Origin: Alphaproteobacteria bacterium
GTDB lineage: Bacteria > Pseudomonadota > Alphaproteobacteria > GCA-2746255
Assembly (NCBI GenBank): GCA_965249135.1
Contig: OZ252220.1
Span: 512,001-576,000 of the forward strand
DNA: 64,000 nt
Direction of reading: 5' to 3'
Part shown: positions 32,559 to 43,235 of the stretch, piece by piece
Layout: every line of letters begins with the position of its first letter
How positions within the stretch are numbered: the first letter of the stretch is position 1
Program-made: the position numbers and the translations under genes
The notes under the pieces: generated by a model
Seen by the model: only the letters and a program-made list of their open reading frames with translations
Databases searched by the model: none
What the model was told of the DNA's origin: nothing

Positions 32559-33795
32559 AGCGAAGCGCTTCGACCGGATCGAGCCGCGCCGCCCGCCAGG
32601 CAGGATAGAGGGTGGCAAGAAAAGACAGAGCCAATCCCATGAGGACGATACCGCTTACCTCCGCCCAGTCGATCTTCACGGGCAAATGGGAAAGGAAGTA
32701 GATCTCGGCCGCGAAAAGCTCGGTTCCGCTGATGCCTTCGAGCAAATCGCGGATCGCTTCGATGTTCAGCGTGAAGGCAAGCCCCAGGATGAAGCCGGCG
32801 ATCGTTCCCGTCACCCCTACGCCGGCGCCGCAAAGGAAGAAGATGCGCATGACCATGCCGCGGGTGGCCCCCATCGTCCTCAAGATCGCGATCGCCTGTC
32901 CCTTGTCCTTCACCAGCATGATGAGGCTGGAGATGATGTTGAAGGCGGCAACCAGAATGATCAGTGTCAGGATCAGGAACATGACGTTCCGCTCGACCTT
33001 GATCGCGTTGAAGAAACTCGCATTCGACTCCTGCCAGTCGTAAATGCGTTTGCCGGCACCCGCCACGGCGACGATGCGCGGGCGAATTTCATCGACCCGT
33101 TCGGGATCGGTGAGCATCAACTCCAGGCCCGAAACCTTGTTTTTCAACCGAAAGAAGAGCTGCGCCGCATCGAGCGGCATGAAGATGAAGGAGCTGTCAT
33201 ATTCGTACATGCCAATCTCGAAGGTGGCACCGAGCGTGTAGCCACGCAGGCGCGGCACGGTGCCGAAAGCGGTGACGTTGCCCTGGGGCGAAATGAGGGT
33301 GAGTCGATCGCCGACCCTAAGCCCGAGCTTTTCGGCCAGCCGGCTGCCAAGGACGATCGAATCGTCCTTGCCGTAAGCATCAAGGCTGCCCTCCTTGATC
33401 TGCTCCGCCACCATCTTGCGGGCCAGCAAGTCCTCGCGCCGAAGCCCGTGGACCATGGCGCCGCGAGCGACACCGTTGGCGGTGGCCATCACCTGGCCTT
33501 CGATAAGCGGCGCCACCTCGACGACGTCCTCCAAATTGATGAGTTCGCCCTTCAGCCGGTCGAAATCCTCAAGGGGCACCCCCATGCCATAGACGCCAAG
33601 GTGGCCGTTGAGCCCCAGGATACGCTTCACCAGCTCTTCCCGGAACCCGCCCATGACGGACATGACGATGATCAGCGTCGCCACGCCAAGCGCGATGCCA
33701 AGCAACGAAAAGCTGGCGATGATCGAGATGAAGCCTTCCTGCCGCCGCGATCTCAGGTAACGGCCGGCCACCATGCGCTCGAAGGGGGTAAACAT
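32551..33795 (-). CDS. Lipoprotein-releasing ABC transporter permease (LolC/E family)
   Basis: [49 protein letters not shown]. Confidence 0.94.
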   Translation of the reverse strand: MFTPFERMVAGRYLRSRRQEGFISIIASFSLLGIALGVATLIIVMSVMGGFREELVKRILGLNGHLGVYGMGVPLEDFDRLKGELINLEDVVEVAPLIEGQVMATANGVARGAMVHGLRREDLLARKMVAEQIKEGSLDAYGKDDSIVLGSRLAEKLGLRVGDRLTLISPQGNVTAFGTVPRLRGYTLGATFEIGMYEYDSSFIFMPLDAAQLFFRLKNKVSGLELMLTDPERVDEIRPRIVAVAGAGKRIYDWQESNASFFNAIKVERNVMFLILTLIILVAAFNIISSLIMLVKDKGQAIAILRTMGATRGMVMRIFFLCGAGVGVTGTIAGFILGLAFTLNIEAIRDLLEGISGTELFAAEIYFLSHLPVKIDWAEVSGIVLMGLALSFLATLYPAWRAARLDPVEALRYE

Positions 33796-33797
33796 GG

Positions 33798-35075
33798 TCA
33801 ACCTATGAGCCGCGCAAACGCAGATTCGGCTGAAAGTTCTTCGCTTTCACCATTAGCGCGACGTTTGAGCTCGACGACGCCGCTCTCTACCCCGCGCGGA
33901 CCGATAACGAGCTGCCAGGGAAGGCCGATCAGATCCATCGTGGCGAATTTCACGCCGGGCCGCTCGTCACGGTCGTCATAGAGCACGTCGACGCCGGCCG
34001 CCTGCAGCTTTTCATAAAGCGCATCCGCCGCCGCATCGCAAGCCCCATCCCCACTCCGCAAATTCACCAGACCGACCCGGAAAGGTGCGACCGCTTCCGG
34101 CCAGACGATCCCCTTCGCATCGTGGCATGCCTCGATGATGGCGCCGACCAGGCGTGAAATCCCGATGCCGTAAGACCCCATCTCGACGACGATGGTCTCG
34201 CCGTTGGGCCCGGTCACCTGGGCGTTCATGGCTTGCGAATATTTCGTTCCGAAATAGAAGATGTGGCCGACCTCGATGCCGCGCGCTTCGCGCAAGCGGT
34301 CCGGCGGCACGGCGCAAGACGCAGCATCGTGCTTCTCCTCCGTGCAGGCATAGAGCGCTTGGGCGGCCTCGACGTCGTCGGGGCCAAGGGAGTCGAGCTC
34401 CGAATCGTAGAAAATCCTGGTTTCGCCGGTCTCCGCCAAGACGTGAAATTCCTGGCTCAAGCTGCCGCCGATGGCGCCGGGATCGGCGCGCACGGCGATC
34501 GCGGTGAGCCCCATGCGGGCGAAGGTCCTGAAGTAAGTCTGGGCCATGTTCTCGTAGGACCGCTTCGCGCCCTCGAAATCGAGATCGAAGGAGTAGTTGT
34601 CCTTCATCAGGAACTCGCGGCCGCGCATGATGCCGAAGCGCGGGCGCACCTCGTCCCGAAATTTCCACTGAATTTGATAAAGGTTTTTCGGAAGATCCCG
34701 GTAGCTCTTGATGTAATGGCGGAAGATATCCGTGATCATTTCCTCATTCGTCGGCCCATAGAGCATCTCGCGCCCGTGGCGATCGCTGAAGCGCAGCATT
34801 TCCTGCCCGTAATCGTCGTAACGCCCACTTTCCCGCCACAATTCCGCCGGCTGGATGGTCGGCATCAGGACCTCCTGACAGCCGGCCCGATCCTGCTCGT
34901 CGCGGACGATCCGCTCGATCTTCTTAAGGACGCGCAAACCCAGCGGAAGCCAGGCGTAGATACCGGCGCTGGTCTGGCGGACCAGCCCGGCGCGGAGGCT
35001 TAAGCGGTGGGAGATGACCTGGGCTTCGGCCGGGGTCTCCTTCAGGGTCGGCAGGAAATAAAGCGATAAGCGCAT
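33798..35075 (-). CDS. proS: Proline--tRNA ligase, short form lacking the INS editing domain
   Basis: [35 protein letters not shown]; 425 aa. Confidence 0.96.
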   Translation of the reverse strand: MRLSLYFLPTLKETPAEAQVISHRLSLRAGLVRQTSAGIYAWLPLGLRVLKKIERIVRDEQDRAGCQEVLMPTIQPAELWRESGRYDDYGQEMLRFSDRHGREMLYGPTNEEMITDIFRHYIKSYRDLPKNLYQIQWKFRDEVRPRFGIMRGREFLMKDNYSFDLDFEGAKRSYENMAQTYFRTFARMGLTAIAVRADPGAIGGSLSQEFHVLAETGETRIFYDSELDSLGPDDVEAAQALYACTEEKHDAASCAVPPDRLREARGIEVGHIFYFGTKYSQAMNAQVTGPNGETIVVEMGSYGIGISRLVGAIIEACHDAKGIVWPEAVAPFRVGLVNLRSGDGACDAAADALYEKLQAAGVDVLYDDRDERPGVKFATMDLIGLPWQLVIGPRGVESGVVELKRRANGESEELSAESAFARLIG

Positions 35076-35137
35076 GGGGCCTCGTGCGGAAGGGGCCAAA
35101 ACTTTAGGCAATGGCCATCCTTAATGCAACGGCAGAC

Positions 35138-35581
35138 CTATTTCGTCTTGGTGAGCTCGCGGCAGATTGCCGCCAGCTCATCGACCGACTCGGTGGCCAG
35201 CGGCTGGCCGTTGAAATAGGCCTTGTCCCCCTTGACGGTGACGACGCCGATATTGGCCTCCGGTCGGAAAGGCTCCGACGTGGCAGGAACCCCGAACCGT
35301 TTGTCGATCCTGACCGTGATATCGATCGTGAAATCCTTCGGCACCGCGATGGGATTGCTTCCCGCGACGTCGGCGGATACGACCGGCCGGCCGTGCACAT
35401 CGACGCCCGGCTGGTATGCCACGTCGGCCGCCGGCACGTGTTTGACGATCTTCAGGCAATCCGTGCGGCTCACCGTCAGGGCGTCCTCAGCCGCCGCCGG
35501 CCCCGCATAGGCAAGGCAGGCGAGCAGGACGGCCAGCCGAAAGGCGGGTCGGTGTCTATGAATGTTTGTGCTCGGGCCCAT
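35138..35581 (-). CDS. Hypothetical secreted/periplasmic protein
   Basis: AGGAGGGG RBS, signal peptide ending PAAA, two Cys in the mature part, motif VAYQPGVDVHGRPVVSAD. Confidence 0.8.
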   Translation of the reverse strand: MGPSTNIHRHRPAFRLAVLLACLAYAGPAAAEDALTVSRTDCLKIVKHVPAADVAYQPGVDVHGRPVVSADVAGSNPIAVPKDFTIDITVRIDKRFGVPATSEPFRPEANIGVVTVKGDKAYFNGQPLATESVDELAAICRELTKTK

Positions 35582-35620
35582 GGCCGATCCCCTCCTGACT
35601 GCGGATTATAACCTCCGTAC

Positions 35621-35652
35621 AAGAAAAACGGCCGCGGCGTTAGCCGCGGCCG
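35621..35652 (-). terminator. Rho-independent terminator of the sRNA
   Basis: 10-bp GC stem at 35629-35652 followed by a U-tract on the minus strand. Confidence 0.85.
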
Positions 35653-35725
35653 AAAGTTCAGGGAGGAAACGTCCAGAAGACACCCTATCAGCCATGTAAT
35701 TCGCAAAGCGAAACTGTAAGGCCTC
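35621..35725 (-). ncRNA. SuhB/MmgR (alpha-r8)-like small RNA; 5' end uncertain
   Basis: Minus strand GGACGTTTCCTCCCTGAACTTT followed by terminator hairpin CGGCCGCGGC-TAAC-GCCGCGGCCG and TTTTTCTT, the characteristic SuhB architecture. Confidence 0.75.
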
Positions 35726-35757
35726 CTCATGGATACATAGAATTTTGCATCCAGCCC

Positions 35758-35772
35758 TTAAAAAATGGTTAA
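35758..35772. promoter_or_regulatory. CtrA box (TTAA-N7-TTAA)
   Basis: TTAA-AAAATGG-TTAA (minus strand TTAACCATTTTTTAA), 17 bp upstream of a CTATGT -10 element (35740-35735). Confidence 0.65.
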
Positions 35773-35800
35773 TATTTAAAGGAACTACCTGCCGGCATAG

Positions 35801-36352
35801 TCACGACTCATGCCCCCGTGTCCAGGGGGGTTTTGCTTTTAAAACAAGCTTGTAGACCGGGCAACCGGGGTCATGGGCGCCCGGCAGATAGCCGGTCCCC
35901 ATCAGGAATTCATTAACGATTTCTTTGCCCGTAAAGACGAATGCCTTGCGAAATATTGGAATCCACTCTTCCAGACTTCGCGGGTAAAGGGAATCGAGCC
36001 AGTCCGCAAAGGAGCCGTGGGCGGCGTTGCGCAGGCTACGAAGGCGCCGGGCGTTCTCGATGGCCGCCTCGATCTTCCGCCGGTTTCGGATGATGCCGGC
36101 ATCGCCCAACAGCCGGTCGATATCCCGCTTGCCGAAACGGGCGACCCGATCGATATCGAAGGCGCGATACGCCTTGCCAAACGCCTCGCGTTTCTTCAGG
36201 ACGGTGAGCCAGGAAAGCCCCGCCTGATTGATCTCCATGCAGAGACGTTCAAAAAGGACCGCATCGTCGCGGGTCGGAAAACCGTGTTCGTTGTCATGGA
36301 AGGGGCCGTGGAAGGGATGCCCTTTCGCGATCTCGCAATAGCTTGCCGCCAT
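35801..36352 (-). CDS. tag: DNA-3-methyladenine glycosylase I
   Basis: N-terminal Cys, HDNEHG, LFERLCMEINQAGLSW, IIRNRRKI, C-terminal H..C zinc ligands. Confidence 0.9.
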   Translation of the reverse strand: MAASYCEIAKGHPFHGPFHDNEHGFPTRDDAVLFERLCMEINQAGLSWLTVLKKREAFGKAYRAFDIDRVARFGKRDIDRLLGDAGIIRNRRKIEAAIENARRLRSLRNAAHGSFADWLDSLYPRSLEEWIPIFRKAFVFTGKEIVNEFLMGTGYLPGAHDPGCPVYKLVLKAKPPWTRGHES

Positions 36353-36353
36353 C

Positions 36354-36593
36354 TCAATCCGGTTCGCGGAAGGACAGCAGATCCGCTTCGATCACAGTGT
36401 AGACGATCGCCCAAAGCACGGTCGCAATCGCCGTCGTTGCGCCCACTTTTTTCCACATATGCGGCTTGTCCGGGGCCCCCGCCATGTGCCCTTCCTCGAC
36501 GACATCCGGCTGTCGCACCCCCCAGGGCAGCACCATGAAAAGGACGAGCCACCAGATCATGGCGTAGACGAAAAGGCCGTTCATCCAGCCCAT
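36354..36593 (-). CDS. DUF1467 family small membrane protein
   Basis: VYAMIWWLVLFMVLPWGVR..GAP motif; downstream of mce. Confidence 0.85.
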   Translation of the reverse strand: MGWMNGLFVYAMIWWLVLFMVLPWGVRQPDVVEEGHMAGAPDKPHMWKKVGATTAIATVLWAIVYTVIEADLLSFREPD

Positions 36594-36594
36594 C

Positions 36595-36999
36595 TCAGAC
36601 CTCTTCGAGTTCGACCAGCGTGCCGCAGAATTCCTTCGGGTGCAGAAAGATCGTGGGCTTGCCGTGGGCTCCGGGCTTCGGCTCGCCGTCGCCGAGGATG
36701 CGGACGCCAAGGGATTTCATCTTCTCCAGAGCGACCGTCATGTCGTCCACCTCATAGCAAACGTGGTGGAGGCCACCGGCCGGATTGCGCTCCAGAAACT
36801 TTGCCACCGGCGATCCCTCGCCAAATGGGTGCAGCAATTCGATGTTCGTATTGGGCAACTTCACGAAAACGGTCGTCACCCCGTTTTCCGGCATGTCGAC
36901 CGGCTCGGTAACGGTGGCGCCCAGTTTGCTCCGGTAAAGCTCGGAGGCGGCTTTAAGATCGGGAACGACGATCGCCACGTGGTTCAGTTTTCCAATCAT
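36595..36999 (-). CDS. mce: Methylmalonyl-CoA epimerase
   Basis: LNHVAIVV, IELLHP, GGLHHVCYEV, FLHPK..GTLVELE. Confidence 0.94.
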   Translation of the reverse strand: MIGKLNHVAIVVPDLKAASELYRSKLGATVTEPVDMPENGVTTVFVKLPNTNIELLHPFGEGSPVAKFLERNPAGGLHHVCYEVDDMTVALEKMKSLGVRILGDGEPKPGAHGKPTIFLHPKEFCGTLVELEEV

Positions 37000-37028
37000 G
37001 TTTCTTTCCCCTTGCAGAAACCCCTATT

Positions 37029-38708
37029 CTAGCCCGAATCCCCGTCCAGGCGCACCAGATGGACTTCGACCTTCGGCTTCTTGCCGCTGACGTCGCGCAG
37101 GTAGCGCCGCGCCGCCAAGCGAATGGTGCGGGTGAGCACGTCCGCGTCCTTCCGCTCTTCCCCGCTAAGGTCGTCCAACGCCTCTGCCACCCGGATCGCC
37201 GCCTCTTCCAGCACGGCTGCGTCACTTTCCGCATCCAGAAGCCCAGGCGCCGTCACCTTCGGAGCCGCGGCAAGCGCACCGCTGCCATCGATCACCGCCG
37301 TCGCCACGATGAGGCCGTCAAGATGCATGGATCTGCGGGACTTTATCGTCACATCGCCCAGAGAGACCAGCCGTTTGCCATCGAGCGCCAGCCGGCCGGT
37401 CGGCACCTCGTCGATAATGTCGGCGCTTTCCTTGGTGATCCGCAAGAGCTCGCCATTCTCCACATGGATCGCGCCCGGTACCTGGCAGGCCTTGGCAAGC
37501 TCGACATGGGCCTTCAGGTGGCGCGGCTCCCCATGCATCGGGATGGCAAAGCGTGGCCGAACCCAGCCGTACATCCGCCGCAACTCCTCGCGCGCCGGAT
37601 GGCCCGAGACGTGGACGTCATGATCCGCCGTCGTGATGACCTCGATCCCGTTGCGGGCGAGTTCATTCTGAAGGCCGGCGATGGCACTTTCGTTCCCGGG
37701 AATGACCCGCGAGGAAAAGATCACCACGTCGCCGGCCTCGAGCCGGATGTTTCGATGCCCGCCTTTCACGATCTGGCTAAGGGCGGCGCGGGGTTCGCCC
37801 TGGGAGCCGGTGCAAACGATGACGATCTGGTCCCGCGGCATGTGGACGGCGGCCTCATCGTCAAGGAACGGCGGCAGATTTTTAAGCACGCCGGTCTCAC
37901 GGGCCACGCCATCGATCCGCCATAAGGAACGGCCGGCAAGCGCCACTTCCCTGCCGTTCGCCTTCGCTGCGGCCGCAATCGAAGAGAGGCGCGCGACGTT
38001 CGTTGCGAAACAGGCGACGACGACGCGATTCGAAAAGCGTGCGGTCAATTCCGTAAGCCGCCCTTGCAAGTCCGCTTCCGACCCCGATTCGCCTTCGACA
38101 AGTGCGTTCGTCGAATCGTTCGTCATGGCCAGCACACCCTCTTTCCCCAATGCCCGCAAGGCCACCTCGTCCGGCGGCGTGCCGATCAGGGGGTCCGGGT
38201 CGAGCTTCCAATCGCCGCTATGCAGGACAAGACCGAGCGGGGTGCGGATCGCCAGCGCATTCGGCTCCGGGATCGAATGGGTGAGCGTCACGAAGGTAAC
38301 CGCGAAGGGAGGAAGGTGAACCTCGCCGCCAAGGGCGACCTCGTGGATCGGCACTTCGCCTTCGAGGCCGGTCTCGGCGAGCTTGCGGCGAAGCAAGGCG
38401 GCGGTAAACGGCGTCGCGTAAACCGGACAGCCCAACCTCCGCCAGAGATAGGCGACGGCGCCCAGATGATCCTCATGGCCATGGGTCAGCACGAGGCCGA
38501 CGAGGTCTTCCCGGTGCGCCTCGATGAAGCTCAGGTCCGGCATCAGGATATCGATGCCGGGCGTGCCTTCCGGGGCAAAGGTGATGCCGAGATCGACCAT
38601 CAGCCATTTGCCGCCATAGCCATAGAGATAGCAGTTCATGCCGATCTCGCCGGCGCCGCCAAGCGGCAGGTAGAGAAATTCGTTCTTTTTCGGAAGCCTT
38701 GACGTCAC
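37029..38708 (-). CDS. rnj: Ribonuclease J
   Basis: [41 protein letters not shown]; GTG start overlapping the coaX stop. Confidence 0.95.
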   Translation of the reverse strand: MTSRLPKKNEFLYLPLGGAGEIGMNCYLYGYGGKWLMVDLGITFAPEGTPGIDILMPDLSFIEAHREDLVGLVLTHGHEDHLGAVAYLWRRLGCPVYATPFTAALLRRKLAETGLEGEVPIHEVALGGEVHLPPFAVTFVTLTHSIPEPNALAIRTPLGLVLHSGDWKLDPDPLIGTPPDEVALRALGKEGVLAMTNDSTNALVEGESGSEADLQGRLTELTARFSNRVVVACFATNVARLSSIAAAAKANGREVALAGRSLWRIDGVARETGVLKNLPPFLDDEAAVHMPRDQIVIVCTGSQGEPRAALSQIVKGGHRNIRLEAGDVVIFSSRVIPGNESAIAGLQNELARNGIEVITTADHDVHVSGHPAREELRRMYGWVRPRFAIPMHGEPRHLKAHVELAKACQVPGAIHVENGELLRITKESADIIDEVPTGRLALDGKRLVSLGDVTIKSRRSMHLDGLIVATAVIDGSGALAAAPKVTAPGLLDAESDAAVLEEAAIRVAEALDDLSGEERKDADVLTRTIRLAARRYLRDVSGKKPKVEVHLVRLDGDSG

Positions 38709-39472
38709 GCGTTCAGCCGATAGATCTGGACAAGCCCCTGCAGGGTCAGGTCCGGCACCAGATGCTTGATGCGGTCCGTCGCATCGTTGAAGAGAGGGGC
38801 CAAGCCCCCGGTCGCCACGACCGTCGTGGGCTGTCCGAATTCTTCGGTCATGCGGGCAATCATTCCTTCGATCAATGCCACATATCCCCAATAGATGCCG
38901 GACTGCATGGCGCTCACCGTCGTCTTGCCGATGACGCTTCCCGGATTGCGAATGGCAATACGCGGAAGCTTCGCCGCCGCCAAATGCAGCGCTTCAAGCG
39001 AAAGATTGATTCCCGGTGCGATGGCACCGCCGCAATAGGCCCCCTCTGCATCGACGAGGTCGAAGGTCGTCGCCGTCCCGAAATCGATGACGATCAGCGG
39101 GCCTTCGAAAAGCCGATGGGCGGCGACCGCATTGACCAACCGGTCGGCCCCTACTTCCTCCGGCCGATCCACATGAACCTCCAACCCCGGATCAACGCCC
39201 TCCTCGCCGACCACCATCGGGTCCGAGTTGAAGTAATCCCGGCACAGGCTCTTCAGGTGAAAGAGCGCCTCCGGCACGACGGAGGCGATGATGGCCGCAT
39301 CGATATCAGCGGGTTTGCGATCTTCCGTCGCCATCAACTGGGTCAGCCACACGGCGTATTCATCCGAGGTGCGCATCGTCGCCGTCGAGCTTCGCCATTG
39401 ACCTGCGATCTTCTCGCCATCGAAGATCGCAAAGACGATGTTCGTATTGCCTGAATCGATTGCCAGCAGCAT
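38705..39472 (-). CDS. coaX: Type III pantothenate kinase
   Basis: [33 protein letters not shown]. Confidence 0.96.
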   Translation of the reverse strand: MLLAIDSGNTNIVFAIFDGEKIAGQWRSSTATMRTSDEYAVWLTQLMATEDRKPADIDAAIIASVVPEALFHLKSLCRDYFNSDPMVVGEEGVDPGLEVHVDRPEEVGADRLVNAVAAHRLFEGPLIVIDFGTATTFDLVDAEGAYCGGAIAPGINLSLEALHLAAAKLPRIAIRNPGSVIGKTTVSAMQSGIYWGYVALIEGMIARMTEEFGQPTTVVATGGLAPLFNDATDRIKHLVPDLTLQGLVQIYRLNA

Positions 39473-40249
39473 CTAGAGACTCTCTAAAATGTCCATTGGA
39501 AACACATCGCCGGATGTAACCCGGCTTGGGTCTTTGTCCCCTTCTTTCAAAACGAGAAGGGCGCCATCTTCATCGAGGCCCGTAAACGTTCCCTCGAAGG
39601 TTTCCTTGTCCAGCCGCACGCGAATCGGTCCACCAAGACCCGCCGCATGCCGCAACCATGCCTCGCGTATGGGACGGAACCCTTCATCTCGCCACTCGTT
39701 GTAGCAAAAGAAGAAGGAGCGGCCGAACGCTTCCACCAATTCGGCGATTTCCGGTGGTTTGGCCCCTTGGGCATGAAGCGAGGTCGCCGGCCATTCGACC
39801 CCTTCCGGGTAGGTCTCGATGTTGATTCCGACGCCAAGCACGACCCATTCAAGGGTCTGCGTCTTGCCCATCGTCGATTCGGCGAGGATGCCGGCGATCT
39901 TACGGCCGTTCACCAGGACGTCGTTCGGCCATTTGTAGCGGAGGGGCGTGGCTTCGTCCAAATAACGGGAAAGGAAGTGGCCGACGCCAAGGGCGGCGAC
40001 GAAGGCAAGCTGCAGGGCCTCCGCCACTTCGCAAGCCGGCTTCAGGATGAACGAGGCATAGAGGTTGCCGGGTGGCGAGATCCATTCCCGCCCACGCCGG
40101 CCGCGCCCTTTTGTCTGGGCTTCCGCCCACAGAAGCGTGCCATGGCCGGCGCCTGCCTCGGCGCGGCGGCGCGCCTCGCTATTCGTGCTCTCGGTGCGGC
40201 CGAGTGCGATGGAGGTAAGGGGCTGGTCTTGCTTGGACGTCGGCCTCAT
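39473..40249 (-). CDS. birA: Biotin--[acetyl-CoA-carboxylase] ligase (no HTH)
   Basis: [27 protein letters not shown]. Confidence 0.95.
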   Translation of the reverse strand: MRPTSKQDQPLTSIALGRTESTNSEARRRAEAGAGHGTLLWAEAQTKGRGRRGREWISPPGNLYASFILKPACEVAEALQLAFVAALGVGHFLSRYLDEATPLRYKWPNDVLVNGRKIAGILAESTMGKTQTLEWVVLGVGINIETYPEGVEWPATSLHAQGAKPPEIAELVEAFGRSFFFCYNEWRDEGFRPIREAWLRHAAGLGGPIRVRLDKETFEGTFTGLDEDGALLVLKEGDKDPSRVTSGDVFPMDILESL

Positions 40250-41718
40250 CCGGCGAAAAGAGCGGCGGCGGCCACGGCGGCGCCGTTCAGAAGCGGCGCC
40301 GGATAGGCAAAGAAGAAAAGCGTCACGGCGGCCGTGCTCCCCAGAATGAGGGTGATTTCGCGCCCGATGGGACGGTCGAAGCTTTCGAGGGCGTCTTCGA
40401 AATACATGACCCGGACGATCCTTAAATAATAATAGGCGCCGATGACGCTTGCCAGCATGCCGATGATGGCAAGCGTGTAAAGCTCGGCGTCAATGGCGGC
40501 CAGGAACACATAGAGCTTGCCGAAGAACCCTGCCAAGGGGGGAATCCCCGCCATCGAAAACATGAAGATGGCAAGCGCCAGCGCCATCGCCGGATTCGTC
40601 TTCGAAAGCCCGGCCAGATCGGAAATCTCTTCCGTCATGCGCCCCTTCTGGCGCATGGAAAGAATGCAGCAGAACGTGCCGACGTTCATGAAGAGGTAGA
40701 TCGCCATGTAAATCAGGACGCCGCGAATGCCGGCTTCCGTCCCGGCCGCCAGGCCGACGAACGCATAACCGATATGGCCGATCGAGCTGTAAGCCATCAG
40801 CCGCTTGATGTTCGTTTGATTCAAGGCGGCCAGCGCACCCAGCACCATCGAGGCGATGGAAATGACGAGGATGATTTGCTGCCACTGAAGGACGAGCTCG
40901 CCGAACGGGCCGATGAGCACCCGCAGGAACAAACCGATGGCGGCAATCTTCGGTGCGACCGAGAAAAAGGCGGTCACGGGCGTCGGTGCGCCCTCGTAGA
41001 CGTCCGGTGTCCACATATGGAACGGAACCGCGGAAACCTTGAAGGCAAGCCCCGCCATCAAGAAAACGACGCCGACGATGACGCCGGTCGAAGGTGCCGT
41101 CTCGCCGGTGTCGATCAACTGGGCGGCAAGGGAATCGAAATTCGTCGTGCCCGTAAAGCCGTAGATCATCGAAGCGCCATAGAGGAGCATGCCGGAAGCG
41201 AGCGCGCCTAGGACGAAGTATTTGAGTCCCGCCTCCGTCGAACGCAGCGAATCCCGGCGAATGGCGGCGACAACGTAAAGGGAGAGGCTCTGCAGCTCGA
41301 GACCCATATAAAGCGAAATCAAATCGTTCGCAGACAGCATCATCAGCATGCCGACGGCCGCAAACAGCACCAGGATCGGGTACTCGAAACGGGCGAACCC
41401 TTCCTGCTCGTTATAGGCGTGGGCCATGATCAGCGTTAAGGCCGTGCCAAGCAGGACGAGAAGCTTCATGAAGGCCGAGAAACTGTCCGAGACATAAAGG
41501 CCGCCGAAGGCCGTCGCCCGCTCGCCAAGGCCGGTCGGCACCATTAGAAGCGCAACCACGATCGCCAGCACGGCCGTGATCAGGATGCCGCTGGTCGAGG
41601 TTTTCTTCTGAAACACGCCAACCATCAAAAGCACCATCGCCGCCGACACCAGAAAGAGTTCCGGCAGTGCGAGCAGAAGGTCGGGATCGAGGTCCGAAAT
41701 CATCATGGAAGCATTCAC
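40246..41718 (-). CDS. nuoN: NADH-quinone oxidoreductase subunit N
   Basis: [30 protein letters not shown]. Confidence 0.97.
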   Translation of the reverse strand: MNASMMISDLDPDLLLALPELFLVSAAMVLLMVGVFQKKTSTSGILITAVLAIVVALLMVPTGLGERATAFGGLYVSDSFSAFMKLLVLLGTALTLIMAHAYNEQEGFARFEYPILVLFAAVGMLMMLSANDLISLYMGLELQSLSLYVVAAIRRDSLRSTEAGLKYFVLGALASGMLLYGASMIYGFTGTTNFDSLAAQLIDTGETAPSTGVIVGVVFLMAGLAFKVSAVPFHMWTPDVYEGAPTPVTAFFSVAPKIAAIGLFLRVLIGPFGELVLQWQQIILVISIASMVLGALAALNQTNIKRLMAYSSIGHIGYAFVGLAAGTEAGIRGVLIYMAIYLFMNVGTFCCILSMRQKGRMTEEISDLAGLSKTNPAMALALAIFMFSMAGIPPLAGFFGKLYVFLAAIDAELYTLAIIGMLASVIGAYYYLRIVRVMYFEDALESFDRPIGREITLILGSTAAVTLFFFAYPAPLLNGAAVAAAALFAG

Positions 41719-43235
41719 CTTACATGGGTAGCCATCGCCACGTTTTCCGACGCGATGCGTGCGAGTTCGTAACGTTCGACCAGGTTACCGACCGATTCGT
41801 GCAGCACGTCGAGGAAAGGGATCGGGTAAAGACCGACCCAAAAGACCATCACAACCAACGGCGCAAAGACCAGAATCTCACGGGGGCTCAGATCGAACAT
41901 GTCCTTCAGCGACTCCTTCGTAAGCTCGCCGAAAATGACCCGGCGGTAGAGCCAAAGCATGTAGGCGGCACCTAAGATGACGCCGGTCGCAGCCAGGAAG
42001 GCGACCCAGGTGTTTGCCTGGAAGGCGCCGACCAGCACCAGGAATTCGCCAATGAAACCGCTCGTTCCCGGCAGCCCGACGGAAGCCATCGTAAACACCA
42101 TGAAGACGAAGGCGTAGATCGGCATGCGATGGACGAGTCCGCCATAGGTCGCAATATCGCGGCTATGCATCCGGTCATAGACGACGCCCACGCAAAGGAA
42201 CAACGCCGCCGAAACGAAGCCATGGCTCAACATGATGATGATGGCGCCTTCCACGCTTTGCGTGTTGCCCGCAAAGATGCCGATCGTGACGAAGCCCATA
42301 TGGGCGACGGAGGAGTAAGCGATCAGTTTCTTCATGTCTTCCTGGGCAAGGGCGACCAGCGAGGTGTAGATGATCGCGATGATGCTGAGCGTGTATATCA
42401 ACGGCGTGAAATAGACGGACGCCTCCGGCAGCATCGGGAGCGAGAAGCGAAGGAACCCGTAGGCCCCCATCTTCAGGAGAACGCCCGCGAGGATGACGGA
42501 GCCGGCCGTGGGGGCCTCGACATGGGCGTCCGGAAGCCAGGTATGCACCGGCCACATCGGCACCTTGACGGCAAAGGAAGCAAGGAACGCCAACCACAGC
42601 CAATACTGCATCTCGACCGGGATCCGCACGTTCAGCAGGGTCGGGATGTCGAAGGTGTCGGCGTAGAAGTAGATGGTAAGGATGGCCAGCAACATCAAAA
42701 CCGAGCCGACGAGCGTGTACAGGAAGAACTTGAACGCCGCATAGACTCGCGCGGACCCTCCCCACACGCCGATGATCAGGAACATCGGGATCAGCACGCC
42801 TTCGAAGAAGATATAGAAGAGAACGAAGTCCAGCGCGCAGAACATGCCCACCATGAACGTCTCAAGCACGAGAAAGGAGATCATGTATTCCTTGACGTGC
42901 TTCTGGATGGTCTCCCAGCTTGCCAGCACGCAAATCGGCGTCAAAAGCGTCGAAAGCAGCACGAAGAAGACGGAAATCCCGTCCACGCCCAAGTGGTAGT
43001 TGATATCGAAGCCGGGAATCCAGGGCATTTCCTCTTCGAATTGAAACGCCGAGGTCGTCGTGTCGAAGTTCGTCCAAAGCAGGATGGAAAGCGCAAAAGT
43101 AGCAAGCGACGTCCACAGTGCGACGTTGCGGACGTTGCGGTTCTGCACCTCTCCCTCACCCCGGATCAGCAGGATGAACGCCACACCCACGAGCGGGAGG
43201 AAGATGACGAGGCTAAGAAGCGGCCAATCCTGCAT
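41715..43235 (-). CDS. nuoM: NADH-quinone oxidoreductase subunit M
   Basis: [26 protein letters not shown]. Confidence 0.97.
   Translation of the reverse strand: MQDWPLLSLVIFLPLVGVAFILLIRGEGEVQNRNVRNVALWTSLATFALSILLWTNFDTTTSAFQFEEEMPWIPGFDINYHLGVDGISVFFVLLSTLLTPICVLASWETIQKHVKEYMISFLVLETFMVGMFCALDFVLFYIFFEGVLIPMFLIIGVWGGSARVYAAFKFFLYTLVGSVLMLLAILTIYFYADTFDIPTLLNVRIPVEMQYWLWLAFLASFAVKVPMWPVHTWLPDAHVEAPTAGSVILAGVLLKMGAYGFLRFSLPMLPEASVYFTPLIYTLSIIAIIYTSLVALAQEDMKKLIAYSSVAHMGFVTIGIFAGNTQSVEGAIIIMLSHGFVSAALFLCVGVVYDRMHSRDIATYGGLVHRMPIYAFVFMVFTMASVGLPGTSGFIGEFLVLVGAFQANTWVAFLAATGVILGAAYMLWLYRRVIFGELTKESLKDMFDLSPREILVFAPLVVMVFWVGLYPIPFLDVLHESVGNLVERYELARIASENVAMATHVR

Noticed and set aside
35476-35730. 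84-aa ORF overlapping the sRNA
   Set aside because: It runs through a strong terminator into the next gene and has no RBS; the RNA interpretation fits better.
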